DNA of 64,000 bases from Nitrospirales bacterium (GCA_963555755.3 OY820905.2:640001-704000), one strand, 5' to 3'; shown: positions 43,724 to 54,420, numbered from the stretch's first letter. Notes: generated by a model not told the origin, from the letters alone. Program-made: numbers and translations.

Positions 43724-44292
43724 ATGACCCAAACCCATCATCCAAGTACTGGATGCGTTTCTTCAAGGCACGACGGGCAAACGCAGCTAAGGCAAGAGCA
43801 AGAAGAAATTGCAGCGACTCAAAACGGAGAGGGAACGACGGAAGAAACGCGGGAATCCTACTCGGCGAAACGGAAGAGCGAGAAGCAACTAATCAATTAA
43901 AATTTTATGCATCAACACCTACCCCCACCTCAAAATTATCCGTGAAAAGTATTAGTCAACCAAAGACTTGACCCGTATCTTGGCGGCGTACTGATGCGCC
44001 TGACCAGATTGCCGGCCTCGGTGCGTGGCAATAAACGATCGGCTTGGTCGTAAAATAAAGTCGTCGGATCCACCCATGGTTCATTGGTGAAGTCTTCGAG
44101 GATCAAACGGCCATGTGTTACACAGTTGTTCACGGGGCAGGTTGCAGGCAGGTTGAAGAAGAAAGGAAAGAAGGAAACTCAACCGAACAAGTTGGGACGT
44201 CTAACGCCCAGAATAAATTATCCGTGAAAAGTATTAGTCAACCAAAGATCTGACCCGTAGTCTCGTAGTCGGAGTTTGACCCGTAGTTCCAT

Positions 44293-44622
44293 TTACTCAA
44301 AAGAAGTCAACCACACAATATCACCAATATCTGGCTCTCTCCCTAAACTCGACCAAAGCATTTCAATTTGGTTTACACATTCTTCTTCCGACAATTCCCA
44401 TTTAACAAATTCACCAGATGCATTAGGATTCCCGGCAATAATTTTATTTTCCTTTAGTAATTTACTAAGTAAGGAAAGGACTTCAGTACGAATACTATCG
44501 GTAGAAATTTCAGGTTTCGCTTCACGATATGCCCGAACGAGTACCCATAATCCAACATAATCTTCTTTACATTCCGTCAAGAAATCTTTTTCAATATCAG
44601 CCATAAACATATACATTCTCAT
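44293..44622 (-). CDS. Putative immunity protein
   Basis: Overlaps the toxin-tip stop, AT-rich, acidic; EDYVGLW...LGREPDIGDIVW. Confidence 0.7.
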   Translation of the reverse strand: MRMYMFMADIEKDFLTECKEDYVGLWVLVRAYREAKPEISTDSIRTEVLSLLSKLLKENKIIAGNPNASGEFVKWELSEEECVNQIEMLWSSLGREPDIGDIVWLTSFE

Positions 44623-45367
44623 GGAGTAAATTTGATCTTTGCAATAGAAATATTGGGAATATTTACATCAATTGTTGCTGAGGTGTTGGGACTATTTGTC
44701 ATTTTAGTTCTTAAGCCTACAGTTCCCCTATTCGGCAACTTCACCAAGGTGCCTGGAAATGAGCTCCCCTTCACAATTTGACCACCATTAGAAAGTTGAT
44801 TAAAGAGCTTTTGCGCGTCATTAATGCCCCCAGATAGTACACGTATATTCTCCCGACTTCCGGCCTGCCCAAGTGCATTTCCCCCAGGCAACAATAAATT
44901 CTCAACTTTCGACCCAAAGCCCAGCACTATCCTTGCTTTTTGAATATTCCTACTAACAAAGTTCACAATTGGGCTAAATAGTTTTCCAACACCAGCCACA
45001 CCAACCGAGGCAGGCCCACCAGGAGTAAAGGTATTGACGTCCTCTGGTGAAGGGGACGGTCCTGGGGCTCGGAAGCCTGTCAGCACGGTGAAGTCATTAC
45101 CACCTTCTGAAGTCCCCCCCCAAGTAACCGATTGGCCTGCCCACCCAGACCAGTACCTCCTCCACCCTGAGAAGTATAACTCACGTTCTGCGTATTGGCG
45201 TTGGTCCCAGAATTTGATCGCGGGATCGTCCCCATCGGGTCGGTAAAGTTGACGGGATCCCCGCCCGCATAGGCGTAGAGGTTGGTACCGCCTTGGAGGC
45301 CAATCGGGTCGGGTTGCGTAAATCGCCCGGTTTCAGGATCGTAGTATCTCGCGCGGGAGTAAACCAC
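44619..45367 (-). pseudogene. Orphan Rhs core end plus toxin tip, frameshifted at a G8 run
   Basis: RARYYDPETGRFTQPDPIG...DPMG; the tip is in another frame and ends TIDVNIPNISIAKIKFTP. Confidence 0.85.
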
Positions 45368-45707
45368 TCGGCCCTACGACTCGTCGCCGTACGTTGCCCA
45401 ATTTCCTCTATGCTTTCTTCCACTTAGCCGCCGTGTGGTCCTGAGCTCCTTCCTTCCAACAACTTTTTTGCCCAGACGCGCGTTTTCGCTGTGCGCTCGG
45501 CCTCCCTCTGTTGGTCACATCCTTGGTGTTGGTTGGTGATCACCGCCATGATCATGAATCCACTGCGGCGGCAGCTTAGCACACTTGTCACCGAAATTCT
45601 TCTTCCCTTTTTAGCTGCCAAGCGATGGTAGGCAATTGAGCACACCCATGCTATAAGTGTGCGAAGAGTACAGGATGATCGTTTTGCCGTTACGGACAAT
45701 TCCCTGA

Positions 45708-45950
45708 GTGAGCACGCGTGAACACAATGAACGGAAGTTTCCTAACTGGAAGAACCTCGCTTCCGGTGGACGACGCTATTGGCTGGATGTGCTCGGCCGC
45801 CACGGCTGGAAAGCTCGGTACGTGAAAGAGGTTGACGCCATCGAAGTAACAGTGCGATTTTACCAAGAAATCTACAACGAACAGGGCACCCTCGTCGAAA
45901 TGCACGAGAAATATCCCCTCGATCACGGCCATAAACAGGTGGAACCATGA
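45708..45950 (+). CDS. Small hypothetical protein, first gene of a coupled pair
   Basis: 80 aa with an ATGA overlap to the next ORF. Confidence 0.7.
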   Translation: MSTREHNERKFPNWKNLASGGRRYWLDVLGRHGWKARYVKEVDAIEVTVRFYQEIYNEQGTLVEMHEKYPLDHGHKQVEP

Positions 45951-46213
45951 GTCAGATCATTACTCGCCAGATTGTCGCAGACAAACTCGCTGCCTACCTC
46001 CAGCATGAGCTCTCGCTCCCTGAGCTCGTCACGTGGGCTGAATCGGCTTTGATGGAGGGGGAGTTTGAGTCGGAACATCTCATGGCCATTCGCGACGCGG
46101 TCGCCCGCCTCGGCGTGGCCGACGTCCGGGCCTTCGGACTGACGTGGGACGACTGCGAGCAACTCCTGAAGCAGCTCGGATATGCGGCGCATGTCCACAT
46201 CGAAGTTGCGTAA
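45947..46213 (+). CDS. Small acidic hypothetical protein (antitoxin/immunity-like)
   Basis: 88 aa, helical and acidic, coupled to the upstream ORF. Confidence 0.7.
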   Translation: MSQIITRQIVADKLAAYLQHELSLPELVTWAESALMEGEFESEHLMAIRDAVARLGVADVRAFGLTWDDCEQLLKQLGYAAHVHIEVA

Positions 46214-46493
46214 TCCTCATTGAGGACAAGCCCACCTCTCCGCTTCTAGCCCACTGCGCTTCACGATTTTCGCGAGCGCCTCCCAACAAAATATACGCTT
46301 CCCTTTTTAACTGCGTGATTTCGATTCGTCTGTGTGTGTCGTTGTTCTGGGGACGGCCGCTGAGGACGGAGCGGAAGACAGCTTCTGGCTGAAGCCGCCC
46401 GCAGGCGGACGCGAGGGTGGGTGGGGATACGATGCTATTTTTTATTTTGTGCGCTGCGCACACCCTACCGCGTCTTCGCGGCGCGGGCAGTTC

Positions 46494-46588
46494 GCATAAC
46501 GACTGGTTATCCGGCCTGGCGAACCGGAGGGTCGACCCCGCGTGCGGTTTCGTGGGGCCGGGGCTCTGGCGGATAACCCGCGTTATGT
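46494..46588. other. attC-like imperfect palindrome
   Basis: GCATAAC-GACTGGTTATCCG ... CGGATAACCCGC-GTTATGT. Confidence 0.5.
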
Positions 46589-46886
46589 GAATCTACCCGC
46601 TTGAGGTCCCCTTGGGGGGCGCTGGGGGGAGTAGTGGCGGCCGCTCTCGCGTCTGCGCGTGAGAGGACGACACGAATGCTTCACCGCGCTCTGACGTCTG
46701 CGCTCTGAACGCCACCTTTGAAACATTGCCTGGCTTCTGGTGAAAAACCGGTGCGTGTATTTGCCCTGTGATCGACGAACGGCGGGCGACCCATACTCAA
46801 CCATATTCCGTTTCAAGGTGCCATTGCGCATCAGCGCCCGGCGCCGGCCTGCAAGAGGGGTGACGAGGCCATGGATGGCCGTGATA

Positions 46887-47393
46887 GGGTCAGGCCTGCG
46901 TTATTGCAATAATCTAATCCCTTCAATGACGATTGGATCATGGCCAGAAAACCATGACTTCATGTCCCGGGAGGGGTTTATCATATGATTCTTCGGGGGA
47001 ATGGGGGCCAGGATATTTTCTTCGCTGACGAAGACCGGCATCACGTGTATGGGTTGCTCCACCAGGGAGGCGAGCGCTATCGCCATCGGATTAATGGTTT
47101 CTGTTGCATGACCAACCACCTCCATTTTGCCATTCAAGTGAAGGAAAAACCGTTGAGCCAAATCATGCAAAATCTGGCCTTCCGCTATACCCGGTGGATC
47201 AATCAAAACACCGGTTGGTACGGCAACCATTCAGGAAGTGGGGATTTATTGGAATCGTGATGCCTCCACCTTGAGTCATCAAATTGGAAAAATAGATGCA
47301 AGCGTGCGAGGGCAGGATGGGCTTCCCTCTCAGCTTCGTGGATATATCAAAGCATTAACGCAGGCCTGACCCCATTATGACCCCATTACATCT
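46887..47393 (+). mobile_element. Internally deleted RAYT (Y1 HUH transposase) element
   Basis: IR GGGTCAGGCCTGCGTTA/TAACGCAGGCCTGACCC; MARKP*LHVPGGVYHMILRGN...CMTNHLH. Its 5' end is duplicated at 50036-50138. Confidence 0.8.
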
Positions 47394-47406
47394 AGGTTCG
47401 CTTGCC

Positions 47407-47543
47407 CTACGGCCTGCGGCTTTGCCCATGGGAAACTTCAACCCCTGATTACTCAGACGCTGCTTCCCGGTGCTAGAAAGGTGTACGAACAACTCCTTTC
47501 GCGGGACTTGAACCCGCTAGACACACCGCCGATGACGGCATGC
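47407..47543 (-). ncRNA. Possible group II intron 5' (domain I) fragment
   Basis: GCATGCCGTCATCGGC...GCGGGTTCAAGTCCCGC...AAAGCCGCAGGCCGTAGGGCAAGCGAAC resembles bacterial group II intron 5' regions by pattern recognition. No RT or domain V is visible. Confidence 0.5.
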
Positions 47544-47678
47544 GGTCAAATCTTTGGTTGACTAATACTTCAGCTCACGCCCCCTTCTCGGAATAGAAGA
47601 TCACTTGCACATAAAAAGGTTAGTGGCTAAAAGAAAGCCGAAGAGTTAAAAACGAAACTCTCAACCAAAGATTTGACC
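47544..47678. repeat. 135-bp element with perfect 18-bp TIRs (REPIN/MITE-like)
   Basis: GGTCAAATCTTTGGTTGA ... TCAACCAAAGATTTGACC. Confidence 0.8.
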
Positions 47679-47839
47679 CCTTTTCTTTTCCAAGGCACAA
47701 CGGGCAAACGCAGCTAAGGCAAGAACCGCAAGAAATTGCAGCGACTAAAGATAGAGACGGAACGACGGGAGGAATGCGAGAGACCTACTCGGTGAAACGG
47801 AAGCGCGAGAAGCAACGAACCCGTTAACAATGTATTAAA

Positions 47840-48319
47840 TCAAGTCTTGACCCCATACCCAACCTGACCCCTTACCTTTTTTGTAGCCTTTTTTAAGATT
47901 CCAAGAGTTTCAGCACGCTCTAACCAAATATCACTCACCTTCTTGTCTCGTTTGACACCAATTCCATAATAATAGCACCGACCAACCTCGTGCACAGATT
48001 GGTGGTCTCCATACAAAGCTGCACGGGTGTAATATTCAAAGGCCAATCGTTCGCTTTTTCTAATTCCTTCTCCTTTTTCGTAACAGATGGCCAGGTCATA
48101 CAGTGCATTTGCAACATTGTACCGCGCGGCTTCTTGAAGAAAAGCAACGGCCTTTCTTAAGTTTTTTCCTACATGTTGTCCAAATAAATACCAGGTTCCT
48201 AGGGCATAGGTGGCATCAGGATTCCCTTCAGCATGAGCTTTTTGTAAATACTGAAGAGCCTTTTGAGGATTAGGGGGCGTTTTCGTAATCTGCTTGAAAG
48301 CGGCTTTATAGTAATCCAT
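47840..48319 (-). CDS. Sel1-repeat protein, putative immunity; 3' end runs into a junction motif
   Basis: ATYALGTWYLFG, ALYDLAICYEKGEG, VGRCYYYGIG. Confidence 0.88.
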   Translation of the reverse strand: MDYYKAAFKQITKTPPNPQKALQYLQKAHAEGNPDATYALGTWYLFGQHVGKNLRKAVAFLQEAARYNVANALYDLAICYEKGEGIRKSERLAFEYYTRAALYGDHQSVHEVGRCYYYGIGVKRDKKVSDIWLERAETLGILKKATKKVRGQVGYGVKT

Positions 48320-48382
48320 CTTAGATTTTCAAATTCCCAGTATTTGGAAAAAACATTTCATAAATCTCTTTATCAAAGATAG

Positions 48383-50035
48383 TTAACGCTTGGCAATTTG
48401 GTCACCAGGACTAGGGACGCCAGGGTAGTAAATCCCAGGAGCAAACATACAAGGATTGATAAAGATTGGACCCGGCGTCTTAATTTTTGGGCCTTTATTA
48501 GGCATTGGTGTTTTAGGTTTTGGTGAATCCTTAGGTGGCCAGGGGCCCTTGTGGTTCTGTGGCTTAATAGTATTCGGACGACGTCCTGGGTCTGCCTTTT
48601 CACCACCACGACTTTTCTTTTTATTTGCTTTGCCTTTTTCATGCTTTGGCACGTTAGCTGGATTCGTATTAGAATTGTGTTCCTTATAGGCTAGTTGTAC
48701 GGGGTTCTGCGTATCCTGTTGAGAACCTTGACCTTGTCCCCCATACCCCAGCCCACTCAGGCCTGTGCCCCCACTACCCTGAGACGTATAGCCGGTATTC
48801 TGTGCATTAGCATTAGCACTGGCTACGGACCACGGTGTGGTCCCCATGGGGTCGGTATAATTGGTAGGATTCCCTAATGCATAGGCATAAAGATTGGTGC
48901 CGCCTTGGAGCCCAATCGGATCAGCCTGCGTGAAGCGTCCCGTCTCCGGATCGTAGTATCTGGCGCGGTAGTACACTAATCCCGTGTCGTCGGGTTCTCT
49001 GCCTGTATATCCATACTGCGGCACGGTGCCGGTTTTGAGGGTGGGGTTGCCCCACGCATCGTAGCGGACTGTGCCTTGCGCTTCCCCTGTTTGGTCCGTC
49101 ACGGCCACGACACTGCCGAGGCCATCTTGATGATAATACTCGATGAGTCCACCGCCGATGCGGATGAGGGGGGTGTCAATCCCTGGGCCATGCACATATC
49201 TGGCGGTCGGCGTGGTTGTCCAGGTGCTGCCATATTCGGCGATGATATCGAGGCCATCGTAGAGGTAATGTCGCTCCGCGCCCCCAACGGTCTTTCTCAC
49301 ACGCCGCCCCAGATCATCGTAGCCATACGTCTCGGTATGCGCCCATGTCTTCTGCGTTTGCGTCACTTGGTCCCACGCGTTGTAGATCATCGAAAGGACT
49401 TCACCTGTGCCTGCCTTGCTCTCCATGTTCCCATTGAGATCATATTGAAAGCTGGAGAGGATAGGGCCGGCCTCCGTCCCTTGCCGAATCGTGGTGAGTT
49501 GATTGGCGGCATCGTAGAGATAGACTTCTGTGGTGCCACCAATGGTGCGACTCGTGCGATTCCTGAGGATGTCGTAGGTGTAATCGTCTTGGGTATTGGT
49601 GATCAAGCCACCCTCATCTTCATCGGTCAAGACTTGCGTCAGGCGATTGAGTTCATCGTACGCATAGGTTGAAGTCGTAACGGTACTACACGAGGGGTCA
49701 TTGTCAATGACCGTTTCCCGGTTGCCCAGTGTATCATAGGTGTAGTTTTGTTGCGCTAAAAGGGTGCCGCCGACCGTGCGATGGTCCACCTGATCAAGCG
49801 TGTTATCGACATTGTAGGTATAGCGCGTGTTGACGCCATTCGGGAGCCATTGTTCAGTAAGCCGTCCGCCGTCATCGTACACAAAGCTCACCAGTTCGCC
49901 TTGTCCGGCCCACAGGCCGTTTAAGCGCCCCACGGCATTGTAGAGATAATCCGTGCGGCTGACTTCGGTGAGACTGGCATCGAGTGCTTTGCGGCTGCGG
50001 ATGCGACCCCCGGGGGTGTAGTCAAACGTCAGGCT
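48383..50035 (-). CDS. 5'-truncated Rhs protein (YD repeats, core, basic toxin tip)
   Basis: YGYTGRE, YYRARYYDPETGRF, DPMG; tip EHNS...KHEKGK...GGEKAD...KGPWPP. Rhs-like frame extends up to the RAYT end. Confidence 0.9.
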   Translation of the reverse strand, partial: SLTFDYTPGGRIRSRKALDASLTEVSRTDYLYNAVGRLNGLWAGQGELVSFVYDDGGRLTEQWLPNGVNTRYTYNVDNTLDQVDHRTVGGTLLAQQNYTYDTLGNRETVIDNDPSCSTVTTSTYAYDELNRLTQVLTDEDEGGLITNTQDDYTYDILRNRTSRTIGGTTEVYLYDAANQLTTIRQGTEAGPILSSFQYDLNGNMESKAGTGEVLSMIYNAWDQVTQTQKTWAHTETYGYDDLGRRVRKTVGGAERHYLYDGLDIIAEYGSTWTTTPTARYVHGPGIDTPLIRIGGGLIEYYHQDGLGSVVAVTDQTGEAQGTVRYDAWGNPTLKTGTVPQYGYTGREPDDTGLVYYRARYYDPETGRFTQADPIGLQGGTNLYAYALGNPTNYTDPMGTTPWSVASANANAQNTGYTSQGSGGTGLSGLGYGGQGQGSQQDTQNPVQLAYKEHNSNTNPANVPKHEKGKANKKKSRGGEKADPGRRPNTIKPQNHKGPWPPKDSPKPKTPMPNKGPKIKTPGPIFINPCMFAPGIYYPGVPSPGDQIAKR

Positions 50036-50138
50036 GTGATAGGGTCAGGCCTGCGTTATTGCAATAATCTAGTCCCTTCAATGACGATTGGATCATGGCC
50101 AGAAAACCATGACTTCATGTCCCGGGAGGGGTTTATCA

Positions 50139-50941
50139 GGTATTGTCAACTTAACCCGCGTTTGGCAGACTGGGCAGCATGACAACCAAAAAGCCCAGCT
50201 GCCAACGCCATCGCTTTCCTTCCGAAATTATCAGTCATGCCGTTTGGCTCTACCATCGATTCTGCCTCAGTTTCCGTGAAGTCGAAGAACTCTTAGCTGA
50301 ACGTGGAGTCACGGTGACTTATGAAACCATTCGCCAGTGGTGTCAGAAATTTGGGCCTACATACGCACGCAAGCTCAAGAAACGACAAGGGCGTCTCGGT
50401 GATACGTGGCACATCGACGAAGTGTTTGTGACCATCCAAGGGGCCCGACACTATCTCTGGCGAGCCGTGGATCAAGACGGCGATACCATTGATATTCTCG
50501 TGCAGTGTCATCGTAACAAAAAAGCGGCGGAACGCTTCTTTCGCCGCTTACTGAAAGGCCAAGGCCGTGAGCCGCGCTGGATGATCACCGACAAACTCAA
50601 AAGCTACGGCGCCGCACACCGGGCCGTCATGCCGACCGTCGAGCATATCAATCGGTCTATGCGAATAACCGAGCGGAAGTGTCGCACGAACCGACCCGGC
50701 AACAAGAGTATCATATGCGAGGATTTTCTTCCTCGACTCAGGCTCAAAGATTTCTCACACTGCACGGACTCACACAGAATCTCTTTCGTCTCAGCCGCCA
50801 CCTGATGCAGGCGGTCAACTATCGGCTCTTACGTACTCAGGCGTTCCAAGTTTGGCAGGAAGCGGTATGCGCGTAAGAGACAATGCCATCGCTCGGCGAG
50901 CGCGTCCCAACTTGGCCGCAGCACCTTAAGTTGACAATACC
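50139..50941 (+). mobile_element. IS6-family element with frameshifted transposase
   Basis: TIR GGTATTGTCAACTTA; WHIDEVF, LWRAVDQDG, ITDKL; frameshift near 50650; no TSD. Confidence 0.93.
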
Positions 50942-51076
50942 CCGAAGAGAAAGGAAGAGATGGGGTGAGGGGTTACCGCACCAGATGTCCCAAGTATATC
51001 ATCCTGAGCAGAGCAAAGGACCGTGCCCTTTCTGGTAAATGAAATTCCAGCACTGACAATTAATGAGATTTTCTTT

Positions 51077-51400
51077 TCAAACAGACACAAATTCCGCTCT
51101 CTGCTCCTCAATATTTTTTCGAACCCTGTTGGGCAAAGCTTTTTCAGCCATTCGCAAAGCATAGGATGCCTGGAGATTCATCCAGAATTTAGCCGTGTTC
51201 CCAAAAAATTCACTCAACCGGACAGCCGTATCACCCGTAATGCCCCTCTGTCCCTTGATAATGGCCGTGATCCGATTGGGCGGCACTCCTATCGCATTCG
51301 CTAAAGATGCCGCGGTCAACCCTGTATGTTGTAACGGCCTTAAAAATTCTTCTCCCAGAATTTCTCCTGGATGTATCGGCCTCATTTTATTCTTAACCAT
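51077..51400 (-). CDS. higA: HigA antitoxin
   Basis: PIHPGEIL...RGITGDTAVRL...FWMNLQ. Confidence 0.93.
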   Translation of the reverse strand: MVKNKMRPIHPGEILGEEFLRPLQHTGLTAASLANAIGVPPNRITAIIKGQRGITGDTAVRLSEFFGNTAKFWMNLQASYALRMAEKALPNRVRKNIEEQRAEFVSV

Positions 51401-51411
51401 CCTAACCTCTC

Positions 51412-51690
51412 CTAATGATAATCGGTTATTTCCACATCATACGAGCCATCTTTTTTCCACACAAAACACATCCGCCACTGCGCATTAATTCTCATGCTGT
51501 GCTGGCCCTTTCTCTCTCCCCCGAGCCTTTCTAATTTGTTTCCTGGCGGCACCAATAAATCTACCAGTTCTTCGGCGTTGTCTAAAATCTCCAACTTTCG
51601 TTCCGCGGCCTTTTTAAAGCCTGAAAAGGCCTTAACCCGTTCTCCGCCAAAGAATCTTTCCGTACTCCGATTTTTAAAACTTCTTATCAT
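51412..51690 (-). CDS. higB: HigB (RelE/ParE family) toxin
   Basis: MIRSFK...PPGNKLERL...SMRINAQWR...DYH. Confidence 0.93.
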   Translation of the reverse strand: MIRSFKNRSTERFFGGERVKAFSGFKKAAERKLEILDNAEELVDLLVPPGNKLERLGGERKGQHSMRINAQWRMCFVWKKDGSYDVEITDYH

Positions 51691-52123
51691 GACACTATCA
51701 TAATTTATGTTGTACGTAAATCATACACTTAATATACTATCTAAACATCAAGGTGACAGCATGTCAACAATGTCATAATGAGCCCGCCCCTGCTCCATCA
51801 ACGTGTCTGCAGAATCGGCCCCCATGACGCGGGTGGTCGATAGGCATACGAGTGAAAGGGCCACAATGAGGGTAACGACTATTCCACACCGAATCGGACG
51901 AAACCTGTGAGAGGAAGGAATCGGTAAAAAGGTTGAAGAAATAGTCACAAAGAGGACCTCAAATCGTTAAGGCTTGAAGAAAGCCATTTGAGGGCAAAGC
52001 CACCGCAACATAAACACTTAACCTTGCGCCCTATCCCATAACAATAATTCTCTCATAAATCTCCAATGCCAGCTTCCAACCATTGAACCTTGAAGGGGAG
52101 TAAAAAAAGGGCTCCCCACAAAT

Positions 52124-52774
52124 TCATACCTCGTTGCCGTGAACAAGTTGGAATTGGCGTTGCGCGAGAGATCGGCCAAGATCACGTATCGTGATCGCCC
52201 CCGGCGTTCGACTCAGGAGGTGTCGACCGAGGGACAAGACGAGCCGGCGTTTCGTGGTATTGGCTGGGTAGCTGTGGTGAAGGTTCTGCTGGACGGCGGC
52301 TTGGCCCACGAGCCAGAGCACGAACAAGGCCAAGGCTCCAAGTAACAGCAGGATCGCTAACCGCTGTGGGGTTCGCGTGTGACTGGCGGCGAAGCCCAAG
52401 CCATAGCGTGCACTCTTGAGATCCCGAACGGCTTCCTCAATCTGCATCCGTTGCCGATAGATCTGTATGATCGTTTGGCCGGCCACGCCCGTAAGCTTAG
52501 GGAGGAAGCAAGCAGCCACGGTTCACGGGCCCGGGTCGCCTGTTTGCGACTATGCGAGGAGCGAACGGGCTGCCCCAAGACCGAAGTATAGCGCCGGCCC
52601 TTGGCCGGTTGCCGGACCAGGTGCACCGTGCAGCGATGGGGAGGGGAGCGAACGAGTTGCACCTCGCCGAGCGTCGTGGGGCGCGTCGTGGCCGCCGCAT
52701 ACAAGTGCTTGCAGGGCATCAGGTCTCGGCGCCCGCTTGTTGCACGAGCGTCCGATTGCGAACTCGCCCCACCC
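52124..52774 (-). pseudogene. IS4-family transposase C-terminal remnant
   Basis: REPWLLASSL and YRQRMQIEEAVRDLKS, with frameshifts. Confidence 0.8.
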
Positions 52775-54199
52775 TGTTGTGGTCTAATGGAAATGGACCC
52801 CTCGAAACGCCCGAGGCATACTGCGGGCAAGGAGGTGAAGGATGGCAGGACAAGCGAGAAAAGAGTATACGCCCGAGTGTAAGCGGGAGGCGGTGGCCTT
52901 GGTCACTGAACAGGGGTATACCCTGGTGGGCGCCGCGCGGAATTTGGGAATTACTCGAGACATGCTGCGTCGGTGGAAACGGGAGTTGGGACAGGATGGT
53001 GGGATCGCGTTTCCTGGGAAAGGCCACCAGACGCCGAAGCAAGCGGAGTTACAGCGGATGCAGGAAGAGAATCGCCGGCTCCGGATGGAGCGGGACATTT
53101 TAAAAAAAGCGACGGCCTTCTTCGCGAGCGAATCGCGATGAGATATCAGTGTATCCAGCAGGAGCGGCGAGCCTATCCACCGACGCTGCTGTGTCGGATG
53201 ATGCAAGTCAGTCGGAGTGGCTATTATGCCTTTCTCCAGCGAGCCGAGCCGCCGAAGCCTGTGACAGCCGAGCTGGCGTTGGTGGCCGCAGTCCAACGGA
53301 TTGCTCAAGACACCCATGCCACGTATGGCAGTCGGCGGATGATGCACGAGCTGCAGGCGAGCGGCCACGCTGGGGGACGGTATCGGACCCGCACCCGCAT
53401 GAGGAACGCGCAGGTTCCGGTAAAACGCCGAAGACGGTGGACGACCACCACCCAGAGTCGGCAGGCCCATCCCGTCGCCTCCAATCCCCTGGCGCGCCAG
53501 GTCACGGTGGCTGCTCCCAATCAGGCCTGGGCGGGAGATATTACATATCGTGTGGACCCGGCTGGCTGGTTGTATCTGGCAGTTGTGGTGGATCTGTTTT
53601 CCCGCAAGGTGGTGGGGTGGGCCCTGGAGGCGACGTTGGCCAGTGTGCTGGTGGAAGAGGCCCTGAAGATGGCGGTCGGCCGGCGGCAGCCCCCACCAGG
53701 CCTGCTGCACCATTCGGATCGGGGAAGCCAATAGGCCGGGCACGATTATCACGCGTTGTTACAGACTCATAAGTTTCAGTGTAGCATGAGTCGAAAAGGA
53801 AATTGTTGGGACAATGCGGTGGTGGAAAGGTTTTTGGGCACACTGAAGCAAGAGTGGACGCATGACCGAAGTTTTCTGACACACCAGGAGGCGAAGGCCG
53901 CCGTGATTGAGTACAGTGAGATGTTTTATAACAGCCACCGGCGTCATTCAACACTGGGCTACCTCAGTCCCAATGAGTTTGAAGCCCAGGCCCAGGTTGC
54001 GACAGAGGAAGGTGCTCGGCAACATGGGGGGATCCCGGAGTAGGGGGGATAGAGGAGATCGTTGATTGTGAGGCAACCTGGAAAGAAATTTTTCCCAGCC
54101 GCCAGTGCCAAATCAGACCGGCGGCCCAAATCTAGGAGAAAGGCTTTACGGAGAGCCAAACGGACTTAACCCGGTGTCCGTTTTCATTGAACCACTACA
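52775..54199 (+). mobile_element. IS3-family element (orfA 52842-53141; orfB with an in-frame stop at 53732-53734)
   Basis: TGT...ACA imperfect TIRs; ILKKA with A7G; WAGDITY, DLFSRKVVGW, HSDRGSQ*, CWDNAVVE. Confidence 0.92.
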
Positions 54200-54420
54200 C
54201 CCTGCGCTTTGAGCCGGCCTTGGTCTTCGGGGCCATAGTATTCAAACGTGGTGGTATTCGCATTGGGGTCAGTCACACTGCGCACCCGGCCCACCAGATC
54301 CACTTCGCGTGTCACCGTATGCCCGGCTTGGTCGGTCAGCTTAATGGCATGGTTGTTGGGATCATATTCGGTCTGCAGTTGATGCTGATCCGGATCGGTC
54401 TGCGAGGTGCGATTCATCAA
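54200..54420 (-). pseudogene. Rhs/YD-repeat fragment; another core fragment at ~54730-54810
   Basis: TDPDQHQLQTEYD...VTDPNANTTTFEYY; second fragment YYRVRYYDPEVGRFTQLDPVG. Confidence 0.75.

Noticed and set aside
52772..54202. CCC as the TSD of the IS3
   Set aside because: The flanks belong to different genes (IS4 remnant vs Rhs), so the match may be chance after rearrangement.
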